Part shown: in pieces, positions 15,982 through 21,065 of the stretch
Numbering within the stretch: the stretch's first letter is position 1
How the letters are laid out: every line of letters begins with the position of its first letter
DNA from: Candidatus Micrarchaeota archaeon
Lineage (GTDB): Archaea > Micrarchaeota > Micrarchaeia > Norongarragalinales > SBBD01
Length of the DNA stretch: 21,065 nucleotides
Direction: 5' to 3'
Assembly: GCA_043806595.1 (NCBI GenBank)
Contig: JAZDGU010000006.1
Location: 1-21,065, forward strand
Translations under genes and position numbers: made by a program
Notes under the pieces: generated by a model
Databases searched by the model: none
The model's input: only the letters and a program-made list of their open reading frames with translations
Told to the model about the DNA's origin: nothing

Positions 15982-15988
15982 TATAAAT
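15980..15988 (-). promoter_or_regulatory. Archaeal TATA box of the nrdR operon
   Basis: ATTTATATA on the minus strand, abutting the weaker NrdR box. Confidence 0.7.
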
Positions 15989-16006
15989 GTTGCGCCCGGC
16001 GGGCCG

Positions 16007-16456
16007 TCATTCGGAATATACCACGAGCGTCTCCGCTATCTTGTCGTGCAGCCCCTGCTTCCTGTCGTCGAACGCGATTAGCAGCAATCCGAGTCCCAGG
16101 AGTATCCACGAGACGGCCTTCCCGATGACCTCCCGCAGGAAGGCGATGCCGTAGCCCACGGGCCTCCTGCCGTCTATCCTCACCACGTGCAGGCCCATCA
16201 GCCTCTTCCCCGGGGTCGCGCCATGGCTTCCGACGAAGTACACGCCGTACCCGAATATCCAAGCGACGAGCAGCGCCGGCCCGAACACCGGGACCCGGTC
16301 CAGAAGCAGGATGCCTGCGATGACGATTGCCGTGTCTACGATGTCCGCGGCAAGCCGCACCCAGAAACCGGCGTACCTCGCCGCTTTCGCCGTCCCAAGT
16401 TTTTCCGCGACCGCTTTCCTGGCCTTCAGCCTGGCCCTTTTTGCCCTTGCCGCCAT
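16007..16456 (-). CDS. RDD family membrane protein
   Basis: YAGFWVRLAADIVD, GATPGKRLMGLHVV, LRE, KQGLHDKIAETLVV. TTAAATA at ~16491-16497 on the minus strand. Confidence 0.93.
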   Translation of the reverse strand: MAARAKRARLKARKAVAEKLGTAKAARYAGFWVRLAADIVDTAIVIAGILLLDRVPVFGPALLVAWIFGYGVYFVGSHGATPGKRLMGLHVVRIDGRRPVGYGIAFLREVIGKAVSWILLGLGLLLIAFDDRKQGLHDKIAETLVVYSE

Positions 16457-16564
16457 GCAAAACCCCCCGCACGGTTGAAGGCCGCGGGGGTATTTAAGCG
16501 TTCACGGTACCGCGGAGGCTTGCGCTCGCTTGTAATCCGGAAGAGGGTGAGGGGCATGGGGGGC

Positions 16565-16590
16565 GCCCGGGGGCTTCCCGGCCCCCGGGC
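16565..16590. terminator. Perfect 10-bp GC hairpin downstream of the winged-helix gene
   Basis: GCCCGGGGGC-ttcccg-GCCCCCGGGC with no U-tract, so the function is uncertain. Confidence 0.35.
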
Positions 16591-16613
16591 TTGTGGGTTG
16601 AACCGTCGGCTCT

Positions 16614-17066
16614 TCATTTATGGGGATCAAAGCCAATGGTTTTCCTATTAGTTTTTTCAGCTATGAAGTAAACCTTCCTGCCCACCTGGGCCTTTGCGAG
16701 CATGCCCTCCCGGGCCATCCGGTTGAGCCTGCTGCTCGCGGCGTTCGTGCCGCGGTAGTGGAAATGCTGCTGGACCTCCTCGGCGCACGCCTTGCCGCGC
16801 TTCCTGACGAACGCGAGCATCTCCGAATCGATCTCGGGCAGCAGGTCCTGCGGCCTCGCGGACGCTGCCTGCATCGAGCCCTCGAGCGCGGCTATCCTGC
16901 TTTCCAGCGCGAGCAGCCTGTCGAGCTTGGCGTTGATCTCCTTCAGCACGAGGTTCGCCGAGGCCTTTTCCTCGCCCAGCCGGTGCAGCATCGCGCCGAT
17001 GACGAGAGGGTTCTTCATCTGCTCGCGGAACTCCTTGAACTCGTCGAAAGCCTCCTTGAGTTCCAC
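16614..17066 (-). CDS. Coiled-coil + C-terminal winged-helix DNA-binding protein
   Basis: Heptads LKEINAKLDRLLALESRIAALE, then LPEIDSEMLAFVRKRGKACAEEVQQHFHYRGTNAASSRLNRMAREGMLAKAQVGRKVYF (wHTH pattern). GTG 17066 fits the TATA TTTATAAA at 17092-17099, which lies inside the longer ORF-track call. Confidence 0.8.
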   Translation of the reverse strand: MELKEAFDEFKEFREQMKNPLVIGAMLHRLGEEKASANLVLKEINAKLDRLLALESRIAALEGSMQAASARPQDLLPEIDSEMLAFVRKRGKACAEEVQQHFHYRGTNAASSRLNRMAREGMLAKAQVGRKVYFIAEKTNRKTIGFDPHK

Positions 17067-17130
17067 ACTTTCCCCGGCCACAATCATCACGTTTATAAAC
17101 TTCGGATGCGTTATGCCCATCGTGCGCGTT

Positions 17131-17205
17131 TGTCATGGCGTTCCGCGGTGCCATCGCGATGTTGTCGCGGCGGCATCATGAAGCTGTCATGACAATATCG
17201 TGACA
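17131..17205. repeat. Helically phased array of palindromic YCRYGR hexamers
   Basis: TCATGG 17133, CCGCGG 17143, TCGCGA 17154, TCGCGG 17165, TCATGA 17176, TCATGA 17187, TCGTGA 17198 (spacing 10,11,11,11,11,11). Confidence 0.75.
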
Positions 17206-17267
17206 CTTTATTGTTATGTGGGGTTTTTAAACTTTTCTATCCGCCTTAGCGCCCTTCAGGAATTTGC

Positions 17268-18806
17268 ATGGCTGAGAGGCTCGCTCTGCTGAGCGTATCG
17301 GACAAGTCCGGCGTTGCCGGCTTCGCCTCCCGCCTCCATACCCTTGGCTTCAAGCTTGTTTCCACTGGCAACACCGCCAAGGCGATAAGGGACGCGGGAA
17401 TCCCGGTTCAGGACATAAGCGAGTTCACCGGCCAGCCCGAGATCCTCGGCGGCAGGGTGAAGACACTGCATCCCAAGATCTACGCCGGCATCCTCTTCCG
17501 CCGCGGCGACGCCGAACACGAAAAGCAGGCGGACGCCCGCATCGACCTCGTCTGCGTAAACTTCTACCCCTTCGAGGAGGCCGTTGCCTCCGGCGCCGAT
17601 GACGCCATGGAGAACATCGACATCGGTGGCCCCAGCATGGTGCGCGCCGCCGCGAAGAACCACGAGGGCGTGCTCGTCGTCACCGACCCGTCGCAGTATG
17701 ACGAGGTCTGCGAGCGCATCGAGAACTCGAGCGACAACCTCGAGTTCCGCCGAAGGCTCGCGCGCGCCGCATTCGACCGCTGCTCCGCTTACGACATCGC
17801 CATTTCGAATTATTTCCGTTCGATTTCTTCCGAACCCGGCGCCTTCCCCGGGGACCTCTTCCTCAGGCTGTCGAAGGTCGAGGACCTGCGCTACGGCGAG
17901 AACCCGCACCAGAAGGCGGCGCTCTACGAGTCCGGCAAGCCGAGCTTCTCCGACGTGAAGCAGTTCCAGGGCAAGCACCTTTCCTACAACAACATCCTCG
18001 ACGCGCAGGCCGCGCTCGAGCTTCTCTACGACTTCCGCGGCAGGGAAGAGCGTCCCTTCGCCGTAATCTTCAAGCACGCCAACCCTTGCGGCGCGGCGCA
18101 GGCGGACTCTCCTCTCGAGGCCTACCGCAAGGCGTACGCCGCGGATTCCCTCTCGGCTTTCGGCGGCATAGTGGGGCTGAACCGGCCATGCGACGGTCCC
18201 ACCGCGCAGGAGATCGTCAAGACCTTCATGGAAATAGTCCTCGCCCCGTCATTCGCCCCGGACGCGCTCGAGGCCTTCAAAACAAAGCCGAACCTGCGCG
18301 TGCTGGAAATCGGTGCGCTCCTTTCCGGCGGAATCCACGGGAAAGCGACCCTGCGGAGCGTCGCCGGCGGCTTCCTCGCGCAGACCCCGGACTTCTCCGA
18401 CGACGAGGCGGCCGCGTTCAAGGTCGTCAGCAGGCGCCAGCCGACCGATGCCGAATGGAAGGCCCTGCGTTTCGCGTGGAAGCTCGTCAAGCAACCGAAG
18501 AGCAATGCCGTGGTCTTTGCGACCGCGGACCAGATGGCCGCCTGCGGCGTCGGCCAGCAGTCACGGGTGGACTCGTGCCACATCGCGGTCGAGAAGGCCA
18601 AGCGCGCCAACCTTTCCATCAAGGGCACCGCGCTCGCCTCGGATGCGTTCTTCCCCTTCCGGGACACCGTCGACTTCGCCGCCCAGGCGGGCTGCACCGC
18701 GGTAATTCAGCCCGGGGGCAGCATCAGGGACAAGGAAGTAATCGCCGCTGCCGACGAGCTCAACTTGGCGATGGTCTTCACCGGCGTCCGCCACTTCCGG
18801 CATTAG
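17268..18806 (+). CDS. purH: Bifunctional AICAR transformylase / IMP cyclohydrolase
   Basis: ALLSVSDK, GGRVKTLHP, NIDIGGPSM, LRYGENPHQ, KHANPCG, SDAFFPF, IQPGGS, RHFRH. Archaeal TATA TTTTTAAA at 17224-17231. Confidence 0.98.
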   Translation: MAERLALLSVSDKSGVAGFASRLHTLGFKLVSTGNTAKAIRDAGIPVQDISEFTGQPEILGGRVKTLHPKIYAGILFRRGDAEHEKQADARIDLVCVNFYPFEEAVASGADDAMENIDIGGPSMVRAAAKNHEGVLVVTDPSQYDEVCERIENSSDNLEFRRRLARAAFDRCSAYDIAISNYFRSISSEPGAFPGDLFLRLSKVEDLRYGENPHQKAALYESGKPSFSDVKQFQGKHLSYNNILDAQAALELLYDFRGREERPFAVIFKHANPCGAAQADSPLEAYRKAYAADSLSAFGGIVGLNRPCDGPTAQEIVKTFMEIVLAPSFAPDALEAFKTKPNLRVLEIGALLSGGIHGKATLRSVAGGFLAQTPDFSDDEAAAFKVVSRRQPTDAEWKALRFAWKLVKQPKSNAVVFATADQMAACGVGQQSRVDSCHIAVEKAKRANLSIKGTALASDAFFPFRDTVDFAAQAGCTAVIQPGGSIRDKEVIAAADELNLAMVFTGVRHFRH

Positions 18807-18838
18807 TACCTGGCGGCACAAAACAGCGTAACAACGAT

Positions 18839-18923
18839 CTCCTCTCCCCGATGCGGGAGAGGATAAAGATGAGGGGATAAAATGGGTGTCACCCTCACCT
18901 AACCTCTCCCATCAAGGGAGAGG
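18839..18923. repeat. Bacterial BoxC/REP-like bipartite palindromic element between convergent genes
   Basis: CCTCTCCC-cgatgc-GGGAGAGG..GATGAGGGG, then an inverted copy CCCTCACCTAA-CCTCTCCC-atcaa-GGGAGAGG. Confidence 0.75.
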
Positions 18924-18960
18924 TGTTATTACGGTTATCTTCGCAAGCCATCACTAGAGG

Positions 18961-19281
18961 CTACTTAAACCAGACGGCGATAACCGGCCTGATACGCGCG
19001 GGCACAATGCCCCAGATACCGGAATGCCCGAGCGGCCGCGAGGTCTCGATGCGCCTGCCCTCAACCTCACCCCAACCGTGCAGGGCGAGTATCGTGAACC
19101 AGCGCCCGAAGAACCGGGCCCGGGCCAGGCCGATGCAGCCCACCGCCCGCGCCGGGACACCCACCCGCCCGCACTCGCGTTTGAAGCGGGCGGACTTCGT
19201 CAGGCAGTTGTTGGTCCACAGCCGGTATGGCTCATCGCGGAGCTTCTGCGCGATCGCTTCCGCTATCTCCAGGTTGGTCAT
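18961..19281 (-). CDS. Small transglutaminase-like (Cys-His-acid) protein
   Basis: NNCLTKS helix with Cys and LHGWGEVEGRRIE resemble the C...HAWxE motif. GGAG SD. Overlaps the tilS 3' end by 50 nt. Confidence 0.6.
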   Translation of the reverse strand: MTNLEIAEAIAQKLRDEPYRLWTNNCLTKSARFKRECGRVGVPARAVGCIGLARARFFGRWFTILALHGWGEVEGRRIETSRPLGHSGIWGIVPARIRPVIAVWFK

Positions 19282-20716
19282 TGACCAGTCTCTCCATTTG
19301 CAGATGCAGGACCCATTTCGTTGGCGCGGTAATCTTTACCCGTTCGTCTATACGCCAGCCCCCCACCCAGATGATGCCCCCCGGCGACGCGAAGACCGGC
19401 ACCCTCGAACGCCACGTGCGCGGCACCTTGGCATTGATCATGAAGTCCTTGAGCTTGACTAGCCCGCTCATGCCCAGTGGCTGAAAGCAATCGCCGGACC
19501 GGCGGGCGCGAATAGTAATGGAGTTCCCGACCTTATCAAGGTCCAGGTAAGCGCTCCAGGCATCCCCGCTGCCGGGACCGGAGCGCGTAGGCGTCACACT
19601 CGCCCGGATGCTCCAGTCGCCTATGCGGACCTGGCCCGGAACCGAGAGGGGCAGCTCGCCATCTAATTCCGGGAAGGGGCAGAGGGCGGCAGGGGCGTAC
19701 GAAAGCACGTAGCGGTCGTACTCGACCCAGAAGACCAGCCCGTCCGGCAGGTGCAGCCGCTGTCCGGATGCCTTGCCGAGGAGCTCCAACATGTCCTCGA
19801 CGTGGCCGGACTCGAAGTCTTTCAGCGTCCCCGCGAGGGTCTGTACCGCCCGGCGCAGGAGGACCCGCTGCACGGCGGGCGGCAGACGGCTGACCCCGGC
19901 CGCCAGCACGATGCCAGACGGCTGTCGTTGTGACAGGCGGTCCCAGCACAGACGCGCCTCGCTCTCCAGGAAATCTGTCTCGTCGGCGGCGATGCCCGCG
20001 GTCCGGAGCAACGCCTCCTTGATCCGCGGGTTGTAGCTTTCCAGGAGGGGAATAAGCTCATGCCTGACCCGGTTGCGGAACGGTTCCAGCGAGAAGTTGG
20101 TGGCATCCGTGCGCGGCGCCAGTCCCAGCTCCTGGCAATAGGCGGCGGTCTCTTCACATGTCACCGGCAGCAGCGGTCGCACCAGGCACACCTTCTGCCC
20201 GTCAATGTCAAGCTCGTTCGAGGGGAGCAGGCCCCGCAGGCCCCCCACCCCGCTGCCCCTCACCACGTGCATCAGGATGGTCTCCACGTTGTCGTCAAGG
20301 GTATGGCCCACCGCTACCGCCTGGCTGCCGGTGGCCGCGGCGACATGGGCCAGGAAGGCATAGCGCACCTCGCGGGCCGCCTCTTCCGGGGAAAGGCGCT
20401 GCCGGGCCTGGTAGGCCCGCACGTCGCGCCGCTCGATAGTGGCCGGCAGGCCCAGCCCGCGGGCCAGCTCCGCCACGTAGGCGGCATCGGCATCCGAATC
20501 CGCGCCGCGCAGACCGTGGTCCAGGTGGGCCACGTGAAGCGTCACGCCAAGCCGGGCTCTCAGGCTAACGAGCGCGTGCAGCAGGCAGACCGAGTCCGGC
20601 CCGCCGGATACCGCCACCACCAGCCTGTCGCCCCTGTCCACCAGTCGCCTGCTCAGTACAAAAGCGAGGACTTTACGTTCCAGAGAAATCGGTCTGGCCC
20701 GGGATACGGTTTTCAT
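19232..20716 (-). CDS. tilS: tRNA(Ile)-lysidine synthetase (bacterial, with C-terminal domains)
   Basis: VAVSGGPDS, HLDHGLR, AAREVRY, GHTLDDNVET..RGSG, VRPLL, RNRVRHELIP, GDCFQPLGM..KLKDFMINAKVP. Confidence 0.97.
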   Translation of the reverse strand: MKTVSRARPISLERKVLAFVLSRRLVDRGDRLVVAVSGGPDSVCLLHALVSLRARLGVTLHVAHLDHGLRGADSDADAAYVAELARGLGLPATIERRDVRAYQARQRLSPEEAAREVRYAFLAHVAAATGSQAVAVGHTLDDNVETILMHVVRGSGVGGLRGLLPSNELDIDGQKVCLVRPLLPVTCEETAAYCQELGLAPRTDATNFSLEPFRNRVRHELIPLLESYNPRIKEALLRTAGIAADETDFLESEARLCWDRLSQRQPSGIVLAAGVSRLPPAVQRVLLRRAVQTLAGTLKDFESGHVEDMLELLGKASGQRLHLPDGLVFWVEYDRYVLSYAPAALCPFPELDGELPLSVPGQVRIGDWSIRASVTPTRSGPGSGDAWSAYLDLDKVGNSITIRARRSGDCFQPLGMSGLVKLKDFMINAKVPRTWRSRVPVFASPGGIIWVGGWRIDERVKITAPTKWVLHLQMERLVNDQPGDSGSDRAEAPR

Positions 20717-20731
20717 AATGTCCCTGGAACG

Positions 20732-20761
20732 AGCATAGCATCAGACCGTCGCCAGGCGCAA
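20732..20761 (-). promoter_or_regulatory. Sigma70-type promoter for tilS
   Basis: TTGCGC-18 nt-TATGCT with an extended TGn on the minus strand. Confidence 0.5.
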
Positions 20762-20898
20762 CACGGGAGCTCGCGGGCCCGATCATCGGGATAGCGTCGA
20801 GCGGAAGGGAGTGGGCCATGATAACGGCAGCGCCCTTACCGGTGCGCCCAACACGATCGCTTTTGGTTGATGGGTACTAGACGCACCAGAAGGGCAAC

Positions 20899-20928
20899 TT
20901 GATAACCAGGCGGTATACGTAGTAAGAT
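20899..20928 (+). promoter_or_regulatory. Sigma70-type promoter for the acyl-CoA dehydrogenase gene
   Basis: TTGATA-18 nt-TAAGAT. Confidence 0.55.
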
Positions 20929-20969
20929 CACCACTAGTCTGAATCTGGAATCTTATTGCGGAGGCGAGC

Positions 20970-21065
20970 ATGGATTTTGCGCTTAGCGAAAAACAAAAGG
21001 CGCTGCAAGCATCGGTGCGGGCGCTAGCCATCCAAAAACTAGCTCCGGTGGCTGATGAACTGGAC
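20970..21065 (+). CDS. Acyl-CoA dehydrogenase family protein, N-terminal fragment (runs off the window)
   Basis: GGAGG SD, then MDFALSEKQKALQASVRALAIQKLAPVADELD, a typical ACAD N-terminus. Only 32 codons are visible. Confidence 0.75.
   Translation, partial: MDFALSEKQKALQASVRALAIQKLAPVADELD

Noticed and set aside
15902..16006. Cobalamin riboswitch upstream of the putative B12-uptake genes
   Set aside because: The region is short and filled by the TATA and NrdR boxes, with no B12-box motif.
18807..21065. Prophage, IS or integrative element explaining the bacterial segment
   Set aside because: No integrase, transposase, att site or terminal repeats are visible, and the genes are housekeeping.

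Overview
Bases ~1-18806 are archaeal chromosomal DNA. The evidence is FEN1 with a PIP box, Zn-ribbon MBF1, archaeal-type DnaG, a DUF211/VIT1 pair, a TIGR00288-like NYN protein, TATA/BRE promoters and GGTGG/GGTGA ribosome-binding sites. A DPANN lineage such as Micrarchaeota is likely, but that is inference. This part carries several bacterial-type nucleotide genes (glyA, fused guaA, bifunctional purH, nrdR) and a large Cys-rich surface protein with an archaeosortase-like tail. Right after purH the sequence turns bacterial: a BoxC-like repeat, a small transglutaminase-like gene, tilS, two sigma70-type promoters and the start of an acyl-CoA dehydrogenase. The window is therefore probably chimeric at ~18.8 kb, or carries a recent transfer. 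Best leads: (1) tandem NrdR boxes, 32 bp apart, on an archaeal TATA promoter driving nrdR plus a putative cobalamin-uptake pair (DUF4430 lipoprotein and ECF S-component); (2) a ~135-nt structured RNA with a K-turn-like motif upstream of dnaG; (3) seven helically phased palindromic hexamers upstream of a coiled-coil/winged-helix gene; (4) a triple 20-nt repeat in the NYN leader. All family calls come from motif recognition by eye; no searches were run.
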